Source: an uncultured Acidobacteriota bacterium
GTDB taxonomy: Bacteria; Acidobacteriota; JAQAZP01
Length of the DNA stretch: 64,000 nucleotides
Direction: 5' to 3'
Assembly: GCA_963836075.1 (NCBI GenBank)
Contig: CAWIIB010000001.1
Coordinates: forward strand, 928,001-992,000
Of the stretch, positions 11,751-21,772 are shown one piece after another; position 1 is the stretch's first letter, and each line of letters begins with the position of its first letter. The notes under the pieces are model-generated. The model saw only the letters and a list, made by a program, of their open reading frames with translations. It was not told the origin of the DNA and did not search any database. Position numbers and translations under genes: made by a program.

Positions 11751-14453
11751 GTGCGCATCCACCGGCGCTTCCTGTTGCTGACCACAGCCATTGTTCTTCT
11801 CACCGTGATGAGCGCCCCACTTCCCGCCGCAGTGATCCAGGTCCCGGCCCACCAGCCGACCATCCAGGCCGGTATCGACGCTGCGGCAGACGGTGACACG
11901 GTGCTGGTGGCCGACGGCGTCTACACCGGCCCGGGGAACCGGGACATGTATTTCCGGGGCAAGGCGATCACGGTGATCTCGGAGAACGGCCCGGACCACT
12001 GTGTCATCGACCTCCAGGGCAGCCTGGACGACCCGCACCGGGCCTTCTGGTTTCACCAGCAGGAGGGCCCCGACTCGGTGCTGGAAGGCTTCACCATCCG
12101 CAACGGCTACGCCACGAACCGGGGCAGCGCCATCTGGTGCTCGTCCTCGCCCACCATCAGGAACAACTACATCATCCACAACGACGGCAACAACTGGAAT
12201 ACCGGCGCCCTCTATTGCTGGTATTCAGCTCCCACCATTGTCGACAACCTGGTGGCCCGCAACGGCACAACGGGCGGGATCCTCCTCGAGCACGGCGGGG
12301 AGCCGACCATCGCCGGCAACATCATTTTTTACAACCAGTGGGACGGGATCAACTGCCTGAGAACGAACCCCGCAACCACGATCAGCGACAACCTGATCCT
12401 GGAAAACCGCCGGATGGGTATCTTTGGCGATTATGCGGAGCTCGATATCCTCAGGAACCGCATCGTCGACAACCGCCTCAACGGAATCGCTGGCGAGTAT
12501 TCGGCAATGAACATCGAAGGGAACATCATCACCGGCAACAGCGGCAGTCGCGGTGCCGGTATCCGGTGTGGTGGCAATGTCACCATCACCAACTGCCTGA
12601 TCAGCGGCAACCAGTCGGTGGACTTCGGCGGCGGGATCTATTTCGGCAGGGCGGGCACAACCAGTGATTCGTTCTGGATGACCGGCTGCACCGTCACCGG
12701 CAACAGCGCCCTGGAAGGCGGCGGCGGCATCTTCAACGGAGAGGACGATGCCCACGTTTACGACTCCATCATCCACGGCAATTCCGCTCCCCAGGGCCGG
12801 GAGATCTACCTCGGTCACGACACCTTCGGCGGCGGCATTTTCTCCATCAACTGGTCCGACGTGGTGGGCGGTCAGGATCTTATCTTTATCGACCCTGAAG
12901 CGACCCTCTGGTGGGGCACGGGGATGATCACCGAACTCCCGCTGTTCACCTCCGGCCCCCTGGGTTCCCACTACCTGTCCCAGACCGCCGCCGGCCAGCC
13001 GGAGGACAGCCCCTGCGTGGACCGCGGTTGGCCGCTGACCGAGATGCCCCAGGGGACCACTCGCACCGATGGCGTCCAGGATGTGGATACCGTGGACATG
13101 GGCTACCATTACCCGTTGACCGGCGGAGCCCCGGTGATCTGCCTCGATCCCCTCTGGCTCTCCTTCGAGGGCGTCTTCCCCGGCGGCACTCCCGCAGACC
13201 AGGTTCTGGAAATCCGGTCCTGCGACGGCAGCCTGCTGGAATGGAGCGTGAGCAGCGGGGCGGACTGGCTGACCTTCAGCCCGGCCTCGGGCTCCTGCAC
13301 CGGCGAGGTGGACCAGGTGACCGTGAGCGTCGTCCCCGGCGCTGCCGGCCCCGGAGAATTCCTCACCCTGATCAGAATCCTCGGCATCGGGGCCGCGAAC
13401 TCGCCGCTTAAGATTCCGGTCAAGCTGAAGCTGGAGGATGGCCCTCCATCCCCGTGGATCGTGACCGGTCCGGGTCCGGCCGAAGGCAACCCCACCTCAG
13501 TGAGAAGCTTCCCGCCGCTGGCCAACGCCGGCCATGACCTGGAGTTCACCGCCTACGGCGTGCAGAAATACGGCGTCAACATCACCTGCGGTGACGTGAC
13601 CGGCGATGGCCGTGCCGAGTTCATCACCGGCGCCGGGCCCGGAGCGGTCTTCGGCCCCCACGTGCGGGGGTTCGGGAGGACCGGAGCGCCCCTGCCCGGC
13701 CTCAGCTTCCTGGCTTACGGAACAGACAAATACGGGGTCAACGTGGCCGCCGGCGACCTGAACGCGGACGGTATGGATGAGATCATCACCGGCGCCGGGC
13801 CCGGAGCTGTGTTCGGGCCCCACGTTCGCGGGTTCACCTACAGCGGCTCCGCGGTGACACCGCTCTCGGGCGTCAACTTCTTCGCCTACGGCACACTGAA
13901 GTGGGGGGTCAACGTGGCTGCCGGGGACATCGACGGTGACGGCTACGACGAGATCGTCACCGGCGCCGGGCCCGGCCCTGTTTTCGGACCCCACGTCCGG
14001 GGCTGGAACGTGGACGGCGGAACAGCCGCGGCCATGGCCGGGGTCAGTTTCTTTGCCTACGGCACCCCGCGCTATGGCGTGGGGGTGAGTTGCGGCGACG
14101 TGGACGGTGACGGGATCGACGAGATCGTCACCGCCCCCGGGCCCTCTCCCCTGTTCGGCGCCCACATCCGTGGCTGGAACCATGACGGGACTTCGATCAC
14201 CGAACTGCCGGGGCTCAGCTTCTTTGCCTGGCCACCGGAGAGCATGCTCTACGGCGCCGAGGTCTGGGCCGGCACCGACCTGGATGGTGACGGCCGGGCG
14301 GAGATCGTCACCGGGCCGGGGCCCGACCCCTCCGCCGGATCAGCGGTAAAGGTATTCCGCTACCACGAATCAGGGGACGTCACCGAGTGGCTGTCCCTCG
14401 AAGCCTTCCCCGGCCTGACCCATGGCGCCACCGTGGCCGCCGGCTGGTTCTAG
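11751..14453 (+). CDS. Secreted right-handed parallel beta-helix protein + BACON-like domain + C-terminal tail A (six FG-GAP-like units)
   Basis: Signal peptide; VP..QPTIQAGIDAA.DGDTVLVADG start; Asn/Gly-rich beta-helix repeats; DSPC..TTRTD..DMGYHY; WLTFSPASG; six TG(A/P)GPG units. Confidence 0.85.
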   Translation: MRIHRRFLLLTTAIVLLTVMSAPLPAAVIQVPAHQPTIQAGIDAAADGDTVLVADGVYTGPGNRDMYFRGKAITVISENGPDHCVIDLQGSLDDPHRAFWFHQQEGPDSVLEGFTIRNGYATNRGSAIWCSSSPTIRNNYIIHNDGNNWNTGALYCWYSAPTIVDNLVARNGTTGGILLEHGGEPTIAGNIIFYNQWDGINCLRTNPATTISDNLILENRRMGIFGDYAELDILRNRIVDNRLNGIAGEYSAMNIEGNIITGNSGSRGAGIRCGGNVTITNCLISGNQSVDFGGGIYFGRAGTTSDSFWMTGCTVTGNSALEGGGGIFNGEDDAHVYDSIIHGNSAPQGREIYLGHDTFGGGIFSINWSDVVGGQDLIFIDPEATLWWGTGMITELPLFTSGPLGSHYLSQTAAGQPEDSPCVDRGWPLTEMPQGTTRTDGVQDVDTVDMGYHYPLTGGAPVICLDPLWLSFEGVFPGGTPADQVLEIRSCDGSLLEWSVSSGADWLTFSPASGSCTGEVDQVTVSVVPGAAGPGEFLTLIRILGIGAANSPLKIPVKLKLEDGPPSPWIVTGPGPAEGNPTSVRSFPPLANAGHDLEFTAYGVQKYGVNITCGDVTGDGRAEFITGAGPGAVFGPHVRGFGRTGAPLPGLSFLAYGTDKYGVNVAAGDLNADGMDEIITGAGPGAVFGPHVRGFTYSGSAVTPLSGVNFFAYGTLKWGVNVAAGDIDGDGYDEIVTGAGPGPVFGPHVRGWNVDGGTAAAMAGVSFFAYGTPRYGVGVSCGDVDGDGIDEIVTAPGPSPLFGAHIRGWNHDGTSITELPGLSFFAWPPESMLYGAEVWAGTDLDGDGRAEIVTGPGPDPSAGSAVKVFRYHESGDVTEWLSLEAFPGLTHGATVAAGWF

Positions 14454-16101
14454 GGAGCAATTCCGGTCACGGTACAGCTGTCCGTGGAGGAATCGCCTGC
14501 CGGCGGGTAGGGCGGCTGGTTGTACGGCGCAGGAGTCACATCCAGCGCCAGCATCGTGAAGCGGGTGTCACCCACCAGGGTGGGCAACTCCGGAATAGTC
14601 TGGCTCCACGTGGTGACGAAACTCTCTCCGCCCTGAACATTCGCGTATCCCGCTCGCCAGTTGGAAACAGATCCGCCGCCGGCCAGCCGGATGTCGATAC
14701 GGGCCGCGATACGGCGTCGGTTGACCGATAAAAATGTTGGCCAGGTCCGCCTCCATGGAGACGGCGAAAGGCAGGGCACCGGCGGAGGGATTGCACTCCA
14801 ACCTCGTGGCCACCGAGACGGCTGGCAGATAATGATACCCCATGTTCACAATACTGCCATCCAGGCCTCGATCTGTTCGGGTGGTCAACTGGTCCAGACA
14901 GACCGTACCGCTGCCATCTTCATAGCAGACCAAACTGGCCGCTTGGCCCCCACTGTTGAGACAGGGGCTGTCCGCCGGCTGGCCGGCGGCCGTCTGACGA
15001 AAGATACCAGCTGCCAAGTGATCCGATAGAAAACAGTGGAGCAGCATCGATCATCCCCTCTCCCCAGTCGAGAATACCTCCGAGAAGTATGGACTGCCGC
15101 CGCTCCACCGTCGACGTTCGTAAAGTTCAGCTGCAGAGTCGATGGTCCGAGAGAGAGTGCGCCCACGTGACACTGGTCTCCGAAATTCAGCCTCGTTGCC
15201 CCGGATGATCGAATTTTCCACCACCACGGTGGAGAAAGGGCCGGCGGAGCCACCAAGTTGAGGCGGTTCGACACAGAGTCCACCGCCATACTCATTGGCA
15301 TCAGAAGACATCGACTCTGTTCGCGGTGATGGTGCAGTTGACGATGGTGACCGTCGATCCTTGGAGCAGTGGATGCCACCGCCTCCAGAGGGAGGTGGGT
15401 CGGTGAAACCGTATCCCTGGATACTGTTTCCAGTAATCAGATTGTTCATCAGCAGCATGGAGCACCCCAGGGCAGAGACTCCGCCGCCTATCCCCCCGCT
15501 GATATTGTCGCTGATGGTGTTGCCGCTGATTTCCGGCGATCCAGAGGTGCAGCAGATTCCGGCCCCGGCGCCGACAGTGTCCGGGTGATCCACTGCCAGG
15601 TTGCCAATGATCAGGTTCCCGTTGATCAGCGGACTTCCCTCATGAATATCGATTCCCGCCCCGAATAGGCCCTGTTGGCGGTGATCACATTGCCCAGGAT
15701 TGACGGTGAAGCTTCGAATACACGCCACCCCCCCGCCATTCCCGTAGAGTACCCATGTCCCCACCACGGATTGTGAACCCCTGGAGGACCGAGTCCCGTC
15801 CCTCACCGTTTTGAAAAATGAACCCCCGGCGCTGCTCCATCTCACTGCCCTGGCAGTCTATAATGCAGTTGTCAGGGCCGTATTCCGACCGGACGGTGAT
15901 CGCCTTGCCCAGAAAGTCGACGTCCCGGTTGCCGGGACCGGTGTAAAGACCGTCAGCCACCAGCACTTCATCGCCCGCCGCGGCTGCATCAATCCCGGCC
16001 TGGATCGTGGGTTGGTCGCTGGGGACGTGGATCACGGCTGCCGGAGAGGATCCGGCGATGAGAAGGAGAAGCAGGATCAAGGTCGCAAGATATCTGTTCA
16101 T
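14450..16101 (-). pseudogene. Secreted beta-helix protein with C-terminal tail B; reading frame broken by about nine single-base indels (pseudogene or consensus error)
   Basis: Fragments in ORFs 15685-16482, 15051-15845, 14885-15379, 14920-15108, 14568-15047 and 14450-14779 join collinearly with paralog 16116-17804; start MNRYLATLILLLLL at 16101. Confidence 0.8.
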
Positions 16102-16115
16102 TACAATGCCCCCCA

Positions 16116-17804
16116 TCAATTCCTGGCAGTTGCAGTATACGGGGCGTCCCCGGTGACCGCACAGCTGTGGGCCATGGTATCGCCGGAAGCGGCATAAGGC
16201 GGCTGGTTGTAGGGCGCCGATGTCACATCCGCCACCACTATGGTGAACACATTTTCGCCGACCAGAGTGGGCAGCGCAGGAATGTTCTGGACCCAGGATG
16301 TTGTGTAGCTCTGCCCGCCGGCAACGTTTGTATACCCCGCCCGCCAGTTGGCCACTGAACCGCCGGAAGCCGGCAGGACATCGATCCGGCCGGCCAGGCG
16401 GCGCGGCTGGTCGGCCACCCGGTTGTCCAGACTCACCGCCATTGAAATGAGGAATGGAAGGACACCGCCGGCGGGAGTGCATTGGAGCCTCGCCCCCACC
16501 GTCCCGCCGGACATGTAGTGAAAACCCATGTCCACGACACCGCCATCCCGAACCTGGTCGGTGCGGGTGCCCAACTGGTCCAGGCAGACCGTGCCGCTGG
16601 CATCGTCGTGGCAGATCGTTCCGGCAGCAGCGTTGCCGCTGTCGAGGCAGGGGCTGTCCGCGGCCTGGCCGGCGGCGACCTGTTGGAGATACCAGTCGCC
16701 AAGCGGTCCGGCGGCAAAGAGCGGATCCGCGTCGATCATACCCGGACCCCAGATGAGGCTTCCGTGAACCAGCACCTCGGCTTCGCCGCCGTCCAGGTCC
16801 GAATGTTCTAGAGAGAGGACCGCCGGTCCTTCAGCGGTGTTTCCGACATAGCACTGTGCGCCGAAATCGGCCGAGTTGCCGAAGATGATCGAATTCTCCA
16901 CGGTGACCGTCGTGGGGCCGTGGTTGATCTCAAATTGCGGCGGTTTGATACTCATCCCTCCGCCATGCCCGTACTGCGAATAGAAATCGATGACCTGGTT
17001 CATGGCGATGGTGCAGTTGATGATCGTCACCGCACCGTTGGCGACATCGCAACCCACACCCCCGCCGTTGGCGGCAATGGTCAGCCCGACGTCCAGCTCC
17101 ACCCGGTTCCCCACGATGAGATTGTTCGCCAGGAGGATGTGATCGTTCCCGAAACAGGCGATGCCCCCGGCCATGGCGCCGCTGAAGTTGTCGCTGATGA
17201 TGTTGCCGACGACCTCCGCCGTTCCGATGCAGGAAATACCACCGCCGACGCCGGTGGGATCGTTGTGCGCCAGGGCCACATTGCCACTGATGATATTCCC
17301 GGCAACCAGTGAAGAGCCGCCGACCACGAGCCCTGCACCCCACCAGGCCCGATTGGCAGTGATCACGTTATCCAGAATCGAGGGGGAAGCCCCGCCCGTG
17401 GCATAGACTCCCCCGCCGTATCCGTATACCCCCATGTCACCGTTGCGGATGGTAAACCCCTGGAGTACGGAATCCCGGCCCTCTCCGCTCTGGAACACGA
17501 AACCGCGGTGCTGCTTGGTCTGGGAGCCCCCGCAATCGACGATGCAGTTGTCCGGGCCGTATTCCGACCGGACAGTGATCGCCTTGCCGAGAAAGTCCAC
17601 GTCCCGGTTGCCGGGACCGGTGAACAGGCCGTCGGCCACCAGCACCGTGTCACCGTTCACCGCGGCATCAATGCCGGCCTGGATGGTGGGCTGGGCGGCG
17701 GGAACATGGATCACGGAGGCCGCCGTCGGAACTGCATTGAACAGGACGACAATACCAAAGAAACTGAGGAAACATCCGTAGCGGAGCAGATTCCGAATTG
17801 ACAT
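16116..17804 (-). CDS. Secreted parallel beta-helix protein with C-terminal tail B
   Basis: Signal peptide; beta-helix N-cap as above; DMGFHY, then ARLQC...WRAGYTN...DVTSAPYNQPPY...C. Confidence 0.85.
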   Translation of the reverse strand: MSIRNLLRYGCFLSFFGIVVLFNAVPTAASVIHVPAAQPTIQAGIDAAVNGDTVLVADGLFTGPGNRDVDFLGKAITVRSEYGPDNCIVDCGGSQTKQHRGFVFQSGEGRDSVLQGFTIRNGDMGVYGYGGGVYATGGASPSILDNVITANRAWWGAGLVVGGSSLVAGNIISGNVALAHNDPTGVGGGISCIGTAEVVGNIISDNFSGAMAGGIACFGNDHILLANNLIVGNRVELDVGLTIAANGGGVGCDVANGAVTIINCTIAMNQVIDFYSQYGHGGGMSIKPPQFEINHGPTTVTVENSIIFGNSADFGAQCYVGNTAEGPAVLSLEHSDLDGGEAEVLVHGSLIWGPGMIDADPLFAAGPLGDWYLQQVAAGQAADSPCLDSGNAAAGTICHDDASGTVCLDQLGTRTDQVRDGGVVDMGFHYMSGGTVGARLQCTPAGGVLPFLISMAVSLDNRVADQPRRLAGRIDVLPASGGSVANWRAGYTNVAGGQSYTTSWVQNIPALPTLVGENVFTIVVADVTSAPYNQPPYAASGDTMAHSCAVTGDAPYTATARN

Positions 17805-17980
17805 TTCATCCTCGTCAGTTGTGGCCTAACCTATGGAGAGGAATGAACCCTGACTTCCCCGATGATGAACTACTTCTATGATATAGGGAATTCACGCGGA
17901 TAAGGCAAGCCCACCGCGAGTCGCTGGGATATAATCGTCCGCAGTTCCGCAAGCACTGCTCGAGATGGATGGAGTTCACC

Positions 17981-20591
17981 ATGGGTATGGACATGAGATG
18001 GGGCATCGCGCTGCTGGCTGCCGTGATTCTTTGCCTGGCCGCCCCGGCGGATGCCGGACAAGGGCATGATCGGGGATTACTGGGCTTGATCGAGCAGCAG
18101 CTCGGTGATGGTTCAGTCGACCACAGCACGGCCCTGCGCTGGAAGATCCTCTGGTTCAAGCGGCCTGATCTGCTGCCGCAGATGCTGAAGGACGCCGGCC
18201 CCACCGCCATCGGTTGCGCCACCCCGGTGGTGCTGGAGATCATTCGCAACTTCCACCGCCTCTCCCCTGCCGACCTGGACTGGCTGCGGGACCTGGCCGG
18301 GATTCGTGACCTGGCCGGAGTGCTGGAGCGGCCGCCCTTTGCCCACACCATCCAGTCGGCACTCTACCCGCTCCGTGTGCACTACGAAACACCGGGCCAG
18401 GAGGCGACGGCACAGATGACCCTCCAGGTCTATGAGGAATCGTGGCAGCGGGAGTGCGACGAGATCGGCTTTTTCGAACCGCCGCCCGACTACGGCATGG
18501 AAGGGAGCGACGACCTCGACGTCTACATCTCGGACCAGGTACCCGCCGGCGCCTGGGGCTACACCGGCCACGAGCATGAGGTGAAGGAGACCTGGTGGTA
18601 TGACTACACCTCCTATATCGTGCACAGCAGCGACCTGACCTCGCACTACACCATCGCCATGACCGGCTCCCACGAGTTCAACCACGCCTGCCAGGCGGCC
18701 ATGGCGGCGGAAGAGCCGGCCGCCTTCTGGGAGAACAGCGGCCCAGTGGGCCATCCCCCACGTCTACCCCGAATACAGCGAGCAGACCTGGGCCGCCACT
18801 TCGGGGTTCCAGCTGGAGCCCTGGCGGGCGGTGAGCGACTACGTGGCAGGCGCGATCTACCAGTACGGCGGCCTGATGTGGCCCGAGTATCTGGAGGACC
18901 GCTTCAACGGCTGGGATCCGGACCTGGTGCGCGACGCCTGGGACTGGTGCCGTGACGGTCCGGGGGATGGCTACAACCACGACTATTTCTCGGCCTTTGT
19001 CCAGATCGCCGAGACCTTCGAGCCCGGCGGACCGTCGGGCACGGGCTGGACCATCGCCGACGTGATCATGGACTTCTCCCAGTGGCGCTGGTTCTGCGGC
19101 CCCGAGCTGGACGACGGCCTGCACTTCACCCACGGCGCCGGCTTCGCGCCGGTGAACGTGGAACCGTCCCAGCGCCACACCTCCCTGCCCGCGGCCGGCC
19201 CGCCCCAACTGCCCACCCCGCCGCAGCTCTTCGGGGTCAACTACGTGCGTCTCGACGAAGCGTTGTCCGGAGCACAGCCACTGACCGTCTTTCTCCACGC
19301 CGAACCGAAGCACTTCTCCAGCGACCTGCGGTGGAAGGTGGGCGTGCTGCAGCAGGAACTGGGCGGTGTGTCCCACTACACGGTGCACGACGTGCCCCAG
19401 GAGAGCTATGCCCTCTGGCTGGAGATCGATCCCGGAGAGAGCACCGACCGGCTGGCCCTGGTGGTGGGCAACATGGCCACCGCCACCGCGGGCCCCGGCT
19501 CGAGCTATGCCACCAGGGACTACCTCTACATGGTCTGGCCGGGGACCGACCCGCCGCGCTCGACAATCTTTGCCGCCCCGGGCCCGGGGCCGGAGAACAG
19601 TCCCCTGTTCAAGGGTGTGCTCACCGCGGACACGGCGGTGGAATGCTGCCTGCGCGAGCACGAAACGGCCAACAGCTTTGGCCTGCGCATCGCCACCGGC
19701 GACGTGGACGGCGACGGGGTGGAGGAGGTGATCTGCGGCAGCGGTCCCGACCCCTCTGCGGCGCCGCTGTTCCGGGTCTACGAAGTCAACGGCCGCCCGT
19801 TGAACGGTGCCGAGGCAGTGGCCTACGGCGTCTCAGCCTTCGGCGTCAACGTGACCGCCGGCGACCTGGATGGCGACGGCTATGCTGAAATCGTCACCGG
19901 CGCCGGCCCGGGCGCCGTGTTCGGCCCCCACGTCCGCGGCTGGAACCTGGACGGCGCAGGCGCTGCGTCCATACCCGGGGTCAACTTCTTCGCCTACGGT
20001 ACCAACAAGTGGGGCGTCAACGTGGCCGCCGGCGACATCGATGGCGACGGGTTCGACGAGATCATCACCGGCGCCGGCCCGGGTGCGGTGTTCGGATCGC
20101 ACGTCCGGGGGTGGAACGTGGACGGCGGCGCGGCAACAGCCATCCCGCAGATCAACTACTTCGCCTACGGCACCCCGCGCTGGGGGGTCAACGTGGCCTG
20201 CGGCGACCTGGACGGCGACGGCATGGACGAGATCATCACCGGCGCCGGACCGGGGACGGTCTACGGGCCGCACGTCCGGGGCTGGAACTGGGACGGCTCG
20301 GCGCTCACTCCCCTGCCCGGTCTGAGTTTCATGGCCTACGGCACCCTGCAGTATGGGGTCAACGTGGCCGCCGGCGACCTGGACGAGGACGGTGTGGCCG
20401 AAATTCTCACCGGCCCCGGTCCCGGACCTCTTTTCGGCGCCCATGTCCGCGGATTCGACTATGACGCCGCACAGGGCCTGGTGACCCCGCTCACCGAGAT
20501 CAACTTCTTCGCCTTCCCACCCGGGGGCGGCGAGGCTTCCGGTTACGGGTGCAGTGTGGCCGTGGCCGACCTGATGACCGGTCCTGTCTGA
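17981..20591 (+). CDS. Secreted zinc metalloprotease (resembles MXAN_6640-type) with C-terminal tail A; +1 frameshift at ~18740
   Basis: GGAG RBS; signal peptide; SHEFNHACQ (HEXXH). Removing one G at ~18740 gives FWENSAQW...RAVSDY and joins ORF 18831-20591, which carries six tail-A units. Confidence 0.8.
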
Positions 20592-20633
20592 CCGTAGTGC
20601 CTTCCTTTGACAGAGGCGTCCCTGAATCAGTGC

Positions 20634-20662
20634 TTGACCGATCTGGGCCAATTGCCTATATT
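20634..20662 (+). promoter_or_regulatory. Putative sigma70 promoter of the xre-res operon
   Basis: TTGACC-17 bp-TATATT, followed by a TGTCATTTGTC repeat and an AGGAGG RBS. Confidence 0.55.
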
Positions 20663-20695
20663 GATAGTGTCATTTGTCCACAAAGGAGGATCATC

Positions 20696-21127
20696 ATGAC
20701 CGCTCTGGTTGAAACCGTGGGCCGGTTGCTGGGACTGCAGAACCGGCTCTCCAACCGTCTGGACCTGGCCCGGTTGATTCGGGACGGCCTGCCCCACGGG
20801 GCGGTGGAACGGGTCAAGGATCTGCTGGATCTGAGCGACCGCGAACTGGCCGCGGCCATGGGGGTGAGCCAGAAAACGGTGAGCCGATTGCGCAAGAGCG
20901 GCGCCTCCCGGTTGGGCCCGGTGGCCGGAGACCGGCTTTACCGCATGGCCCGCCTCTATGCCCTGGCCCGCCAGGTCACCGGCGGCGAAGAGCCGGCCCG
21001 GCAGTGGCTCCGCTCGCCGCAGTTCGGCCTGGCCGGCCAGACCCCGCTGGAGTCGATGCTCACCGAGGCCGGGGCCCGCGAGGTGGAAGACCTCCTCGGC
21101 CGGATAGAACACGGGGTTCTGGCGTGA
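20696..21127 (+). CDS. Xre/MbcA/ParS-family antitoxin
   Basis: N-terminal HTH (ELAAAMGVSQKTVSR); DRLYR; WL..P...L.G.TPL; LLGRIEHGV; GTGA overlap with the RES gene. Confidence 0.9.
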   Translation: MTALVETVGRLLGLQNRLSNRLDLARLIRDGLPHGAVERVKDLLDLSDRELAAAMGVSQKTVSRLRKSGASRLGPVAGDRLYRMARLYALARQVTGGEEPARQWLRSPQFGLAGQTPLESMLTEAGAREVEDLLGRIEHGVLA

Positions 21128-21588
21128 CCACGGTGTGGCGCATCGTCAAGAAGAACCAGGCGGGTGAAGCGTTCAGCGGCAAGGGGGCCCGGCTCTTCGG
21201 CGGCCGCTGGAACCTCAGGGGCGCTGCGGTGGTCTATACCGCCGACACCCTTTCCCTGGCCGCCCTGGAGTATTTCGTGCACCTCGGCCCGGCCATGGCC
21301 GGAGTGGAACTGGTCAGTTTCCGGGCCGAGATCCCCAAACGGGTGACCATTGAGGAACTGGCCGTGGCAACGCTTCCCGCCGGGTGGCGTGAAGAGCCTC
21401 CCCCCACCTTCACCCGGCAGCTGGGCAGCGACTGGGCTGCCGGCGGCGCCACGGCGGTACTCCGGGTGCCTTCGGCCCTGATCCCGGCAGAGCACAACTT
21501 CATCCTCAACCCCGAACACCCCGATTTCCCGAAGATCAAGACCACCGGGCCCGACACCTTCCGCTTCGACTCGCGGATGTGGAAGTGA
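21124..21588 (+). CDS. RES-domain toxin (NAD+ phosphorylase family)
   Basis: VWRI...SGKGARLFGGRWN..G..VVY...SLAALE...VPS...E.N.ILNP.HPDF. Confidence 0.92.
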   Translation: MTTVWRIVKKNQAGEAFSGKGARLFGGRWNLRGAAVVYTADTLSLAALEYFVHLGPAMAGVELVSFRAEIPKRVTIEELAVATLPAGWREEPPPTFTRQLGSDWAAGGATAVLRVPSALIPAEHNFILNPEHPDFPKIKTTGPDTFRFDSRMWK

Positions 21589-21772
21589 AAAAAAAAGTGA
21601 TTCCCCTTGTATTTTGCCTGTCCTGGCTGTAAATTGAAATCAACTGTTAGTTGATTGGCGGACCGCATCCATACCGGTCGATTAATTTCCAGTTTTAAGT
21701 CCTGCTATTAGAAGAAATACCAGCGGTCTGCCCAAATGCCATCGCGGAGTTATCCGCATCTGGAGGTCTGCC

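Noticed and set aside
13560-14340. Periodic DNA repeats as a CRISPR array
   Set aside because: They are in-frame protein repeats with a ~165-bp period and third-position variation; no spacer structure and no cas genes.
11751-17804. Shufflon or invertase-driven tail switching
   Set aside because: No recombinase in the window and no short inverted sites noticed at passenger-tail junctions; kept only as a weak hypothesis.
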